A stretch of DNA of 64,000 nt from Mobula hypostoma. Its lineage: Eukaryota. A program made the translations under genes and the position numbers. The notes under the pieces were generated by a model. It did not search any database, had not been told where the DNA came from, and was given only the letters and a program-made list of their open reading frames with translations. Shown piece after piece: positions 34,930 to 48,079 of this stretch (position 1 is its first letter; each line of letters begins with the position of its first letter). The stretch is taken from positions 153,576,001-153,640,000 of the forward strand of contig NC_086097.1 in assembly GCF_963921235.1 (NCBI RefSeq). Reading direction: 5' to 3'.

Positions 34930-35845
34930 GATGACACAAAGGTTGGGGGTGTTGTGGATCATCTGGAAGGCTGTCAGAGGTTACAGTGGGACATCTATAG
35001 GATGCAGAACTGGGCTGAGACGTGGCAGATGGACTTCAACCCAGATAAGTGTGAAGTGGTTCATTTTGGTGGGTCCAATTTGAGGACAGAATATAATATA
35101 AATGGTAAGACTCTTGGCAGTGTGGAGGATCTAAGAGTTCTTGGGGACCATGACGACAGGACACTCAAAGCTGCTGTGGAGTTTGACAGTGTTGTTAAGA
35201 AGACGTATGATGTGTTGGCATTCATCAACCGTGGGATTGAGTTCGAGAGCCATGAGGTTATGTTACAGTTATATAAGACCTTAGTTAGACCCCACTTGGA
35301 GTACTGTGTTCAGTTCTGGTCACCTAACTACAGGAAAGATGTGGATACTATAGAGAGAGTGCAGAGAAGATTTACAAGTATGTTGCCTGGATTGGAGGGT
35401 GTACCTTATGAATAGATTGAGTGAACTTCGCCTTTTCTCCTTGAAGTGACAGAGGATGAAAGGTGACCTGATAGAGGTGTATAAGATAATGAAGGGCATT
35501 GATTGTGTGGATAGTCAGAGGCTTTTTCCCAGAGCTGAAAGGGCTAACATGAGGAGGCATAGCTTTAAGGTGCTTAGAAATAGGTACTGAGGGAATGCCA
35601 GAGGTAAGTTTTTCACACAGGGAGTGGTAGGTGTGTAGAATGTATTGTTGGCTTTGGTGGTGGAAGCAGATACAATAGGATCTTTTAAGAGCCTCTTAGA
35701 TAGGTACATGGAGCTTAGAAAAATAGAGGGCTATGTGCTGGAGAAATTCTAGGAAGTCTTTAGAGTAGGTTATATGGTCGCAACAACATTGTGGGCCTAA
35801 GGGCCTGTAATGTGTTGTAAATTTCTATGTTCTATGTTCTATGTT
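34930..35845 (+). mobile_element. CR1 3' part
   Basis: ORF 34954-35415 contains WQMDFNPDKCEV and LVRPHLEYCVQFWSP; (tatgttc)n tail. Confidence 0.93.
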
Positions 35846-36659
35846 TTAAGGTGAACTTGCTGTTTGCAAGGCCTGCTCTGATTCTTCTGAACATTTCAGA
35901 ACAATGGGTCCCTCTAAGTATCAGTTATTGAAATAAGACAAGTAGGATAGCTTGTTCTGGAGCTGGGGGACACAGACAGAACAAATTGGATGCATAACCT
36001 CTCTTGTATGCCTGGCACCTCTTTATTGCCTGACCATTTGCTGCCTAATAATCTGGACTTTCTGCCACAGTTCCAGCTCTCATCAAATGCCTTATATTTC
36101 TGCCAATTGGCTCATGTTCATATACATTTGAATGCAATTCAAATTTCTTTTGTCCTTTTACTTCCCAATGGCAATTGTTTTCCTGATTTGAAGTATGGAT
36201 CAACAAAATTACAGCAGCCTGTTTCAAAATGCTGGCACATCTTAAAAGATGCAAATTCCTTCAATTAATACCTGAATAATTTACTGTTTCTTCCTTCAGG
36301 TCTCCTTTACTTGGTTCCCATCCACTATTCTATATTCAGTGTGTCTCATCCTTGCTTGAACTGGCTCATTGACTCAACCTTGTGCTGATTCTTAAACTTC
36401 ACATTTGTTGTCCCACCTGATCGAACCCCTGATCTTTATTTTTCGGCTTTCAATTCAACTTGATGACTCCATAAGGAGCCTTCTTCTGGAGCCCCTGTGT
36501 CAAGTGTATAAATTCTATCCAATTTATTGAGTGCCACCAAGACTAATAATTTGTGTTTGCTTTTCACCTCTAAAACCAGTGCTTTGCAGACCTGCCATAT
36601 TGCTTTAATTTCCACTTTACACTATGTTCACTACAGGAATTTAGCAAGTCATGAATTTA

Positions 36660-36910
36660 ACACATAGGAATTTCTTTTTCACAGAGTTGAATCTCTGTAA
36701 TTCCCTATTCCAGAGATTTGTGGAGACTAAATCATTAAAATTATTCAAGGTGCAGGAGGTATATTTTTGAATGATTGGGGAGTTGAGGACTTGAGCAACT
36801 GGCACAAAAAGAGAAGCTAAAGCTAGTCTAGATCACACATGATCATATTGAATAACTGTTCAAACTTGAGGGGACAAGTGTCCCTCTGCTATTCATATTT
36901 TCTTGTATTT
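36660..36910 (+). mobile_element. Degraded CR1 3' end
   Basis: ttttcacagagttgaatctctgtaattcccta...atgatcatattgaat. Confidence 0.55.
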
Positions 36911-37089
36911 GCATTTAGGGTAAGATGGAACAAAATGTCCTCGGTTGAGTCTCAGCTCAGATTAGTAATTTTTTAATTGTTTTTGTTTAATTTTAAAATT
37001 TTGTTTACATTTATACACATGGGTACAGAGAGGGGAGCTAGCGGTTAGGTTAGGGCTTAGAAAAATGTATGTGGGGAACTAGACATCAG

Positions 37090-37742
37090 GACAGAATCTA
37101 AATCTCCGCTCTGCGTTCGAAGGCCAGTGAGATAGATCTAGAACATCTTTGGTTGGATGTCAGATGTCAGACTGGCAGTTCCAAGGTCTGTGAGTTGTTA
37201 GTGGGTTCCAGAGTTGAAGTTCCACATGGGCAGGAGGAACAAGTTCCAACGACTTCCTGGGTTCATGAATCGGTGAGACTGGAGCTCAAGGCCTAGTGTT
37301 CAGTGTCTTGTTATTCGTAATACCAGAGTTTAAGGCCGAGTATTCAGTGTTTGGTGCGTCCTGGAATCAATGCCACAGATCAAGGCCTGTTGACTGGATT
37401 TGTGTCTGTGAATCTCTGCAAGTTCCCTGGGGAGGTCAAAGCCCAGTGTCTGCAGGCCCAAGTCTATGTCCGACAAAGGCCTATTCTGGAATTAGAGGAC
37501 TGTGTATATGCATGGGTGTGAGAGAGAAACAGGGCTTGTTTTTGCTGTTGTTGTTTGTTGCTTACTGTGTTCTGTGTTGTTCTGCCAAGCATTATGGGCA
37601 CACTATGTTGGCACAGGAATGTGTGGTGACACTTGCGTCTGTCGCCAGCACACCCTCGGGTACATTGGCTGTTAATGCAAATGATGTATTTCACTGTATG
37701 TTTCGATGTACACATGACAAATAAACTTCAATCTTAAATCCT
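37090..37742 (+). mobile_element. Unclassified retroposon whose last ~135 bp match the V-SINE tail at about 53995-54130
   Basis: Shared tttcactgtatgtttcgatgtaca..tgacaaataaa terminus. The 5' boundary is uncertain. Confidence 0.5.
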
Positions 37743-38614
37743 GAATGTCCTAAGTCAATGCCATCTTCTGAACCTCATAAAAATAGACAGGAAAGTTTGT
37801 GACAACCTTCTGAAAGAACATTACGTTGGGCAAACAGAACAGGCAACAGGAAGAAAAGAAACAACCTCTCTTAAATGAGTTTGACCAGTCTCAATCCTTT
37901 CTCCAGGAAGCGTGAAATTATATTGTAAAGCATGAAATTACAGCATGTAACCAGAGTTTCAGCTCTAACTGATACCATATGACTCACTTGCTCAGGGCAA
38001 TGACTTGCGTACATTGTTAGACTGCAAAAGGAGCTGTCAATTTCGCCTTACAGTCTTCAGCTGATTGTACAAGCCATTTTATACCAATGCAAAATGTTTT
38101 TGATTTTACATCAATGCAGGCTATAAGGTATGATGCGGCTTCATAATCACACCATCTAATTTTAAAATGCCAGTGATTGTCAGTGCATTGAATTGCCCCA
38201 AGTAACAGTGACTTGGAGTCAAAGGGAGGTGAATGTCCTACAGAAGAGTCACAGAAAGCCTTGGGAGAGAACTATTAAACATTATTTTCCTGAAATTGTT
38301 TGTCTTTGAAATGGTTTAATAAATCTTTCAGAAACGTCTTAAGTACTTCATTTTAAATGAATCACTTTGACATTTTGTGACCCTTCTAATGTAGGTGAAT
38401 TGACAGTTTTTTTGTACATAAGCCATTTTTCTTACACTGCATTAAGATTGTTAACTTAATGCCAAGAGCCCCCTTCTACTGAATAGATGTCACAGGATCT
38501 TGAACAAAGCCTAAATAACTGGAATAGTATTTTATGTGTCAACCAAAGCACATATGAATGTTTGTAATGCCTGTCAATTTAAATATTTAGATTTCCTAAT
38601 CAGTATTAGCCCCA

Positions 38615-39060
38615 CAGGGAATTGCAGATGCGGGAATATGGAGCAAATTTAAACAGCTAGAATAACTCAGTGGGTCAATCAGTATATTTGGAGACAAAAG
38701 GATGATCAAAGTGTCAGTTCAAGACCCCGTATCAGGACTGAGAGTGTAGAGGGAGGTGAGATAGAGATTGGTAAGGGTGATAGGTGGAACTAGGTATAGG
38801 GAGGATGGGGGAGTGATCAGCAGATGGAGACAGCTAGGGGAGGGAGAGAAGCAATTGCTGAGACAGAGAGTAATCGCTGGAAATAAAAAGGCAGATGAAG
38901 CAGAGGAGACAAAGGCTGGTAAGTGATTGCTGAAAGAAGATAAGGGATGTTTTTTGGGCAATTGCAACCAGTTGGTGGATGAGACAGGAAAAGTGAACCA
39001 AGGGGAGAAGAATGTTTCATAGCTACATGAGTGATAGACAGATGGATCCAGGTGGGGGGA
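38615..39060 (-). mobile_element. Old PLE pLTR/3' UTR
   Basis: tgcagatgcgggaat...aactcagtgggtca...aagaccccgtatcaggactga followed by a purine-rich tract. Confidence 0.65.
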
Positions 39061-39139
39061 AGCGATGATTTTAACAATTAACAATTAATTATCTAGATTT
39101 AGGACCCAATGCATTCATTTCCACTTAATATATTGATAA

Positions 39140-39339
39140 TAGAAACATAGAAACATAGAAAAGAAGTGCAGAAGTAGGCCATTCGGCCCTTCGAGCCTGC
39201 ACCACCATTTATTATGATCATGGCTGATCATCCAACTCAGAACCCCGCCCCAGCCTTCCCTCCATACCCCCTGACCCCTGTAGCCACAAGGACCATATCT
39301 AACTCCCTCTTAAACATAGCCAATGAACTGGCCTCAACA
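39140..39339 (-). mobile_element. CR1 3' end
   Basis: (atagaaac)n tail and gtaggccattcggcccttcgagcctgcacc. Confidence 0.9.
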
Positions 39340-39532
39340 GTAATATGTAATCAAACCCTACAAAAATGGACGTTATGCCTTCTCTATTCATAGAACGATA
39401 TCTAGTCACATCTCTTTGGACTTACAATACTGCCTGCATGTAAAGAGAGAACATGATCTTAATTTTATTACATTGATCATGCTTCTGAAAATCACTATTT
39501 GAACAGCTCCTCTGTCATAAATTATGCAGGAT

Positions 39533-40232
39533 GAAGTTCAAAGTTCAAAGTAAATTTATAGAAATGTACATGTATGTCACCATGTTCAGTCCTGAGATTC
39601 ATTTACTTGCGGGCATACTCAATAAATCTATAGAACAATAACCATTACAGAATCATTGAAATATTGCCCAACGTGGGCATTCAACCGGAGTGCAGAAGAC
39701 AGCAAACTGTGCAAACATGAAAATAAAGAAATAATAATAATAAATAAGTAAGCAACGAATGTTGAGAACATGAGATGAAGAGTCCTTAAAAATGAGTCCA
39801 TTGGTTGTGAAAGCATTTCAGTGATGAGGAAAGTGAAGTTATCTCCTTTGGTTCTAGAGGATGAAGGCTGATGGATAGTAACTTCCTGAAGCTGGTGGTG
39901 TGAATCCTGAGGATCCTGTACCTTTTTCCTGATGCAATGAGAAGACAGCATGTCCAGGGTGGTGGGGTTCCCTGATGATGGATGTTATTTTCCTGTGACA
40001 ATGTTTCATGTAGATGTGCTCAATGGTGGGGAGGGCTTTACCTATGATGGACTGGGCCGTGTACATTATTTTTGTAGGATTTTCCGTTCAAGTGATTGGT
40101 GTTTCCATACTGAGCTGTGAGGTAGCCAGTAAATTTACTTTCCTCTCCACATCTTTAGAAGTTTGTCAAATTTTTAGATGTCATGCATAATCTTTGCAAA
40201 CTCCGAAGGAGGTAGAGGCACTGCTTTCTTTG
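39533..40232 (-). mobile_element. Rex1-like LINE 3' part
   Basis: (aagttca)n tail. ORF 39854-40066 contains TAQSIIGKALPTIEHIY...HHPGHAVFSL. Confidence 0.8.
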
Positions 40233-41484
40233 CTTGGAAAAGTCAGAACATACTAGCCAAAAGGCTTAGAATACAATTCAGTATATATTGTAATTTAACT
40301 ACAAGGTGTTCAGTTTTGATTCACCAGAGAACAAGAAGGCAATCAGATGTAGCACAAGAGAAAGATGTGAAGAATAATGGGAACATTAGGATGAGGAATA
40401 GCCCATTCAGCCCCTCAGCTCTGCCTTATCATTCAATTAGATCTCTATTACTATTTACTCTTCATCCTTTGTTAGAAATTGCTTTTATCTAATGTAAACC
40501 TATTGATCACAGTTCTGAAATCATCCAATTTTCCTGTTCTATACAGCTTTTCACAGACAGATTTGCAAGTTTTTACAACCTTTTGTGTGAAATTGATTGG
40601 ACTCTTTAATTTTACATTCTAATTTTAAGCTTATGTAATTAAATCTTTATGGACTTAGTGGGAAGCACCATGCAAGGTACTTAAAGATAGATCTATTCAT
40701 TTAAAATTACTGATCAAAAGCATGCAGTTTTAAATAAGTAAAAGACAATTTTAATACAAATATCAGAAATAACTTGTTACAAAGTTCCTACATAAAGGGA
40801 TCTTGAATAATGTGGAGTAAAGTTGTCGAGAGGATTTTTTCTTAAATTAAAAATTTCAGATCTTTCTGGAAAGAAACAAGGAAGTGAAAGAAACCTTCTT
40901 CCACAATAGCAATCTAATTTCAATATAACCTCATTGCCTAATGGCTCAATGAATAAAATTAATCCTTGAGATGGACCAAAATTATGAAGGCCACTAAGCT
41001 CATAGTGTGATTCGTCTTCAATTAGCTGAATTTGGCTGGAGCTTCCTTAATTACCTTCTGATACTGTTGTCATCCCTTCAGACTGTTCCTCTGTGCAGGT
41101 GGCAAAGGCACCTGAAAGTAGTAAGAAGGGCCAATTCTTTAGTTCCTATATCGGGATATGATAATGTCATCAAATCTTGAGTGCAATGTTAACTCTGCCT
41201 GAGTTAGGAAGCAATGACATCTTTCCCACCTTACAGGATTATGAAGGGGATGGATAGGGCAGCTGTCCATTATGTAACACCAGCTACCAGAGACAATACA
41301 ATTACAATAGTTAAAATACTTTTGTACAAATAATTAGATAGGTAAGGCATATAGGGACATGGACCTAATGCGAGCAAATAGGATTAATGTAGATAAGCAT
41401 CACATTCAAGATTGGCCAGAATAGCCATTATCAGTATTGTACGTTTGTGTGATTCTAAAACTCTGATTTTATAGGATTAATAAG

Positions 41485-41576
41485 CAACACACATAAAAGT
41501 TGCTGGTGAACGCAGCAGGCCAGGCAGCATCTCTAGGAAGAGGTACAGTCGACGTTTCAGGCCGAGACCCTTCGTC
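41485..41576 (-). mobile_element. 92-bp PLE insertion made of the hammerhead core and downstream pLTR
   Basis: 12-bp TSD AGGATTAATAAG at 41473-41484 and 41577-41588. Confidence 0.9.
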
Positions 41577-41580
41577 AGGA
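41546..41580 (-). ncRNA. Hammerhead motif with canonical core and weakened stem I
   Basis: 35 bp identical to 18197-18231. The 5' strand of stem I comes from the flank (AATC instead of AGTC). Confidence 0.75.
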
Positions 41581-41588
41581 TTAATAAG

Positions 41589-41885
41589 AATGCTTTTCCC
41601 TATGGTGGAGGTGTCTAAGACAAAAGGGCATAATTTAAGTGAGAGGCAAGAGATTCAGAGAGGATCTGAAAGGATTTTTTTTCAGAGTGATTGGATCTGT
41701 AACTGTCTGGGAAGGTGGAGGAGACAGATATTCTCACGACATTTAAAGAAGCATGTAGACAGCACCTGAACTGCCAAGGTTTAGAAGACCATAAACCTAA
41801 TCCAAGTAGCTGGGATCCATATAAATACATGCAGCAGTGATGTGGAGATGGTGGGCCAAATGGCCTGCTTCTGTGCTATATGATC
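41589..41885 (+). mobile_element. CR1 3' fragment
   Basis: RMLFPMVEVSKTKGHNL and gggccaaatggcctgcttctgtgct. Confidence 0.75.
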
Positions 41886-42229
41886 TGACGATTCGGTGTC
41901 CCCTCATGACTCACCTGGATGCAGCTAAGTCTTTCTTCTATATTCTCCTGCAGCCCTCTGCTGTTAAAATGTCCCCTGTATTACACTTTGCCAATAATGT
42001 CAATAACATTCAGGCAACAAAAGCACCAGGTTCCGTTCTGCTGTCCTTAGAGAGCTTGGAGCTTGCTTTTCTACCTTCTCACTTTCTTAGCTGGCCAGAT
42101 CTTCTCAGTTAAAATTTGTGCTCCTGCCTTGCATTATAAAGGAATGATTTCCACAAAACCATATGAACCTTTAATTCTTTCACTTCTAGCATCAGAATGT
42201 CCACCTACTATAAATCAAAGGACCTAATG

Positions 42230-42990
42230 TCTTAGTCAAAGATGAAGTCAAGTTTGTCATCGAATGTGCATGTACATATACGCACAGGTGAATTGAAAAT
42301 CTTGCTTGCAACATTATCGCAGGAGCACAGCATTCTATAAGCAGCAGTCACAAGATAAACAAATTAAACATAACTTTTACACAATTTTTATAAGAAAGGG
42401 CATAATTAGAATAAAAATAGAGCATTGTAGTGCTAAGTGATAAAATTGTCAAAGTGTTGATGAATTGTGCTGATTACTGCAATGCTGGTTGTTTCAAGAA
42501 CTAAATGGTTGAAGGGAAGTAGATGATCTTGAGCCTGGTGGTATGAGACTTCAGGCTTCTGTACCTCCTGCCTTATGGTAGCAGCAAAAATATGGCATGG
42601 CTAGAATAGCAGAGGCCTTTAATGATGGTTGTTGCCTTCCTGAGGCAGCACCTCCTGTCGATAATATCAATGGTGGGGAAACATATGCCTGTGATGTATT
42701 GCACTGAGCCCACGGTTCCCTGCAGTTTCTTACAGTCCTAAGCATTTAAGTTGCTATACTAGACCATGATGCATCCGCTGAGGATGCTTCCTACAGAACA
42801 TCTGTAGAAGTTCATTAGAGTGTCTGGTGACGAGCTGAACCGCTTTAACCAACTAAGAATGTCAATTGTTGGGGCACCTCCGTTGTGATTGCATCTATGT
42901 GCTAGACACAGGGCAGGTCAAGTGATGTGTTTATACCCAGGAATTTAAAATTGCTGACTCTCTCCACTTCTAATCTCCGCAATATAGACT
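42230..42990 (-). mobile_element. Rex1-like LINE 3' part
   Basis: (agtca)n tail; colinear with 11200-11650. Confidence 0.7.
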
Positions 42991-45317
42991 GGCACATGTT
43001 AAGATAAGGTCAGATGAACTTTATTTGTCACATTTACATCGAAATATTGAAACACAGTGAAGTGTCCCATTTGCATCAAACACTAACACTGTCCAAAAAT
43101 GTGATGAGAGCAGCCCACAAGTGATAGCATGCCTATTTTAGCTCCATTAATTAAAGGTTATTCCACAGGGTTAAGTTAGCTTTTAAAAAAGGGCATCCAT
43201 TGACTTTTGGAACAGATCGGTATTCGACATGTGCCCTACATCTACATCTACAAGATATAGCCATGTATTCTACATTAAGGATTTAATGAAAGTCATTAGC
43301 TTAGCTGTCCAATGTTAAGATAAATATAAAATGCAGTAACTGAAGCTCAGAAAGCTAGTACATGAGCAAATCCTCTGGTCTGCTATATGTTTGTCCTCTT
43401 TCCCCTTCTAAAATGCTGCATTTAATCAAGTGATAGGATAAGAGAACCAATATCAGGCCCCCTCCCACTGTAAAATCCTAGCCACATTGTTCACTTTGTT
43501 CCAAACCAGCAGAATCTCAAAACAGGAACTCTTTTTTTAAGCTATATCAGGGAATATATTATTAGCCAGTCAGGGGAAAGGTTCAAAGATATCTTCAAAA
43601 CATTCTTGAGAAGATGCAGCATTCACTGGCCTCAGTCCATTTCTAGCCTTCGATCACAGATGCACAAAATGCCATTCAGTTTACCATCGGAAGCCTGGAG
43701 TTCATACATAGAAAGAGTGCACCATTGACAAGTTACTTCCACATCCTCCTGTCAAATAACCCCTGCCCCAGCCATGTCTGAGTCTGCAGGTACCACATCT
43801 CTCTCATCAACATCATAGAACCCATAGGATCAAGTCTTCTTCAATCCTAAGAGATCATCACCTGAGAAGAGCAATGAATGAGAGTAACAAGTAATTCCCA
43901 AGCAATGATCTGAATACTGAGGATGTAAAGTTCATACTCCTTTTTTGCTTACATGAGGGCTACATGACTGGCTCAAACTGTACTCTTCATTGGCCATATG
44001 ATTCAGCAAGGTGACTAATATCATGAATGGTTAGCACCATTTGAAGTTGGATATGTTGGAAATGAAATTGGAAATAGAAATAGAAAAGTTCATGTGGAGC
44101 CCAATAAACTGTGGAACAATGAACTTCAGCTTCAGTTTAGCTCCTAATGAGCATCAGTGGGGGCAGAAGTGATTCAACAGCAAGTTCGGGCTCTAATTTT
44201 TTAAAAAGGATTATTTTTCTAGCTGATTTTATTATTTCTCATTTTTCTATTTAGTTGGTGACTCACAAGAATGAGTAATGTAAAACATGGCTGGATGACA
44301 TGCAGAGCTATCTTTGCAAGCTTGTCACCAAGGCATTGAGAGAGCATACAACATAGCTTTATGCACTATCTAAGCCTTACTGTAATAGCTCCTGGAATGC
44401 CTGATATAGCCTCTGGTTGACAAGTCCTTTCAGTAGCACTGACATCACTCACGTCAATGAGATTTCACTCATGAAATAAAAGAATGAAAAATAATAAAAT
44501 CAGCCAGCAAATATATCTTGTTGTTAAGCCTATCTTTTTATTTCAAATCAGAGTCCAGATACGAGCCTTCTAACTTACAAGACCCAATGGATTCTCCATT
44601 TTACCAAACATGTTATGTCATTTAGAAAATTTGCAGATTATGTAAGCATACTTGGTACAAATTATGCCATTCAATTTGCATCATGACAATATTACATTAA
44701 TTTTGCTTCTTTGAGCAGTCAGTTTTGTTTCTCATAAGTCTCAGCTTCTCCGTCAAAATGACAAAAAGACTTACCTGAAAGACTGTGACAGCTACATCCA
44801 GCTTCAGCACATTCCTTTCACATTACATAGCCTTCATGTATTCCAAAGAACAACGTTCAGTGACAGATAGCTCCTTATTTTGGGCAGTCCTAATATAGTG
44901 ACGCCAAAAAAAGCATTGATCAAAGATAATTTTTCTGCTGCAAAGGTGCAGCTGCACATAATCTTCTTCAAACTATTAATCCAGTAAGATCTGATTGGTG
45001 TACATTCTTGTGGCTTATAAAACACAGCAAGAAATAGACAACTTTCCATTAGTTTTTTGGCAAGTATGATATGGAAACACATATATATACCACATATACC
45101 CACTGATGAATGATGACTTCCATTTAAAATCAAGGTAAGTATTCAATTCATCCTTAAAAACACACAGAGGCTTCCTTCTGTCAACCTCAAATACCTTTGA
45201 TGTTTGGCTTGCTGCATAGTCACCCCAAACTGGCCAGTCCACATTCGCTCCAACCTGGCCTGCCCTACATTCACTCCCACCTTGACAACTGCTGGCCTCG
45301 ATTCACACAATAAATTT

Positions 45318-47888
45318 GAAGTATGGGTGGAAGTCAGGAACAGGAAGGGAGCAGTTACTCTACTGGTGGTATTCTATAGGCCCACGGTAGCAGCAGAGAT
45401 ACAGAGGAGCAGATTGGGAGGCAGATTTTGGAAAGGTGCAAAAATAACAAGGTTGTTATCATGGGTGACTTTAACTTCCCTAATATTGATTGGCACCTGA
45501 TTAGTTCCAAGGGTTTAGATGGGGCAGAGTTTGTTAAGTGTGTCCAGGACGGATTCCTGTCACAGTATGTGGACAGGCCGACTAGGAGGAATGTCATACT
45601 AGATCTAGTACAAGGTAATGAATCAGGTCAGGTCACAGATCTCTCAGTGGGTGAGCATCTGGGGGACAGTGACCACTGCTCCCTGGCCTTTAGCATTATC
45701 ATGGAAAAGGATAGAATCAGAGAGAACAGGAAAAATTTTAATTGGGGAAGGACAAATTATGAGGCTATAAGGCTAGAACTTATGGGCGTGAATTCGGATG
45801 ATGTTTTTGCAGGGAAATGTACTATGGACATGTGGTCGATGTTTAGAGATCTCTTGTAGGATGTTAGGGATAAATTTGTCCTGGTGAGGAAGATAAAGAA
45901 TGGTAGGGTGAAGGAACCATGGGTGACAAGTGAGGTGGAAAATCTAGTCAGGTGGAAGAAGACAGCATACATGAGGTTTAGGAAGCAAGGATCAGATGGG
46001 TCTATTGAGGAATATAGGGAAGCAAGAAAGGAGCTTAAGAAGGGGGCATGAGAAGGCCTTGGCGAGTAGGGTAAAGGAAAACCCCAAGGCATTCTTCAAT
46101 TATGTGAAGAAAAAAGGGATGGCAGGAGTGAAGGTAGGACAGATTAGAGATAAAGGTGGGAAGATGTACCTGGAGGCTGTGGAAGTGAGCGAGGTCATCA
46201 ATGAATACTACTCTTCGGTATTCACCAATGAGAGGGAACTTGATGATGGTGAGGACAATATGAGTGAGGTTGATGTTCCGGAGCATGTGATATTAAGGGA
46301 GAGGAGGTGTTAGAGTTGTTAATATACATTAGGACAGATAAGTCCCCGGGGTCTGACGGAATATTCCCCAGCTGCTCCATGAGGCGAGCGAAGAGATTGC
46401 TGACCCTCTGGCTAGGATCTTTATGTCCTCGTTGTCCACTGGAATGGTACCTGAGGATTGGAAGGAGGCGAATGTTGTCCCCTTGTTCAAAAAAGTTTGT
46501 AGGGATAGTCCGGGTAATTATAGACCAGTGAGCCTTACATCTGTGGTCGGAAAGCTGCTGGAAAAGATTCTTAGAGATAAGATTTCTGGGCATTTAGAGA
46601 ATCATGGTCTGATTAGGGACAGTCAGCATGGCTTTGTGAAGGGCAGATCATGTCTAACAAGCCTGATAGAGTTCTTTGAGGAGGTGACCAGGCATATAGA
46701 TGAGGGTAGTGCAGTGGATGTGATCTATATGGATTTTAGTACGGCATTTGACAAGATTCCACATGGTAGGTTTATTCAGAAAGTCAGAAGGCATGGGATC
46801 CAGGGAAATTTGGCCAGGTGGATTCAGAATTGGCTTGCCTGCAGAAGGCATAGGGTCATGGTGGAGGGAGTGCATTCAGATTGGAGGATTGTGACTAGTG
46901 GTGTCCCACAAGGATCTGTTCTGGGACCTCTACTTTTGTGATTTTTATTAACGACCTGGATGTGGGGGTAGAAGGGTGGGTTGGCAAATTTGCAGACGAC
47001 ACAAAGGTTGGTGGTGTTGTAGATAGTGTAGAGGATTGTCGAAGATTGCAGAGAGACATTGATAGGATGCAGAAGTGGGCTGAGAAGTGGCAGATGGAGT
47101 TCAACCCAGAGAAGTGTGAGGTGGTACACTTTGGAAGGACAAACTCCAAGGCAGAGTACAAAGTAAATGGCAGGATGCTTGGTAGTGTGGAGGAGCAGAG
47201 GGATCTCGGGGTACATGTCCACAGATCCCTGAAAGTTGCCTCACAGGTAAATAGGGTAGTTAAGAAAGCTTATGGGGTGTTAGCTTTCATAAGTCGAGGG
47301 ACAGAGTTTAAGAGTCGCGATGTAATGATGCAGCTCTATAAAACTCTGGTTAGGCCACACTTGGAGTACTGTGTCCAGTTCTGGTCACCTCACTATAGGA
47401 AGGATGTGGAAGCATTGGAAAGGATACAAAGGAGATTTACCAGGATGCTGCCTGGTTTAGAGAGTATGCATTATGATCAGAGATTAAGGGAGCTAGGGCT
47501 TTACTCTTTGGAGAGAAGGAGAATGAGAGGAGACATGATAGAGGTGTACAAGATAATAAGAGGAATAGATCGAGTGGATAGCCAGTGTCTCTTCCCCAAG
47601 GCACCACTGCTCAATACAAGAGGACATGGCTTTAAGGTAAGGGGTGGGAAGTTCAAGGGGGATATTAGAGGAAGGTTTTTTTACTCAGAGAGTGGTTGGT
47701 GCGTGGAATGCACTGCCTGAGTCAGTGGTGGAGGCAGATACATTCATGAAGTTTAAGAGACTACTGGACAGGTATATGGAGGAATTTAAGGTGGGGGGTT
47801 ATATGGGGGGGGGGGTTGAGGGTCAGCACAACATTGTGAGCCGAAGGGCCTGTACTGTGCTGTACTATTCTATGTTCTATGTTCTATA
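45318..47888 (+). mobile_element. Young CR1 ORF2 (partial APE endonuclease, RT, C-terminus) and 3' UTR, with a few frameshifts and stops
   Basis: ORFs 45428-45859 (IMGDFNFPNIDW, LGDSDH), 46423-46941 and 46938-47720 (FADDTKVGG); (tatgttc)n tail. Confidence 0.96.
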
Positions 47889-48079
47889 ATAGAATTGCAT
47901 TACATAGGCAGAGTCGTATGGACATTGTGTTGAAGGGCCTCTTTTTTACCCTGTACAACACTATAACTTTGTACCATTCATTCCTGCGTCATAGTGTGCC
48001 TGGGTGCCATCCAAACTCTGGAAATGTATGTCCTTGAATGTCATTGGAGCTTTTCACCTTACGTAAAGGATTCCATAAT

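Noticed and set aside
37043..37060. ggttaggttaggg telomere-like word
   Set aside because: Too short and imperfect to call an interstitial telomeric repeat.
44765..44780. Minus-strand donor CAG/GTAAGT, and acceptor-like tracts at about 6833, 10289 and 36299
   Set aside because: No paired splice site with a convincing reading frame. Such motifs are expected by chance in 64 kb.
45318..47888. Active CR1
   Set aside because: It is 5'-truncated, with stops and frameshifts between the ORF pieces.
47865..47888. Short tandem repeats such as (tatgttc)n, (tattgtc)n, (atagaaac)n and (caatt)n as independent satellites
   Set aside because: They are the normal 3' tails of the adjoining CR1 and Rex1-like LINEs.
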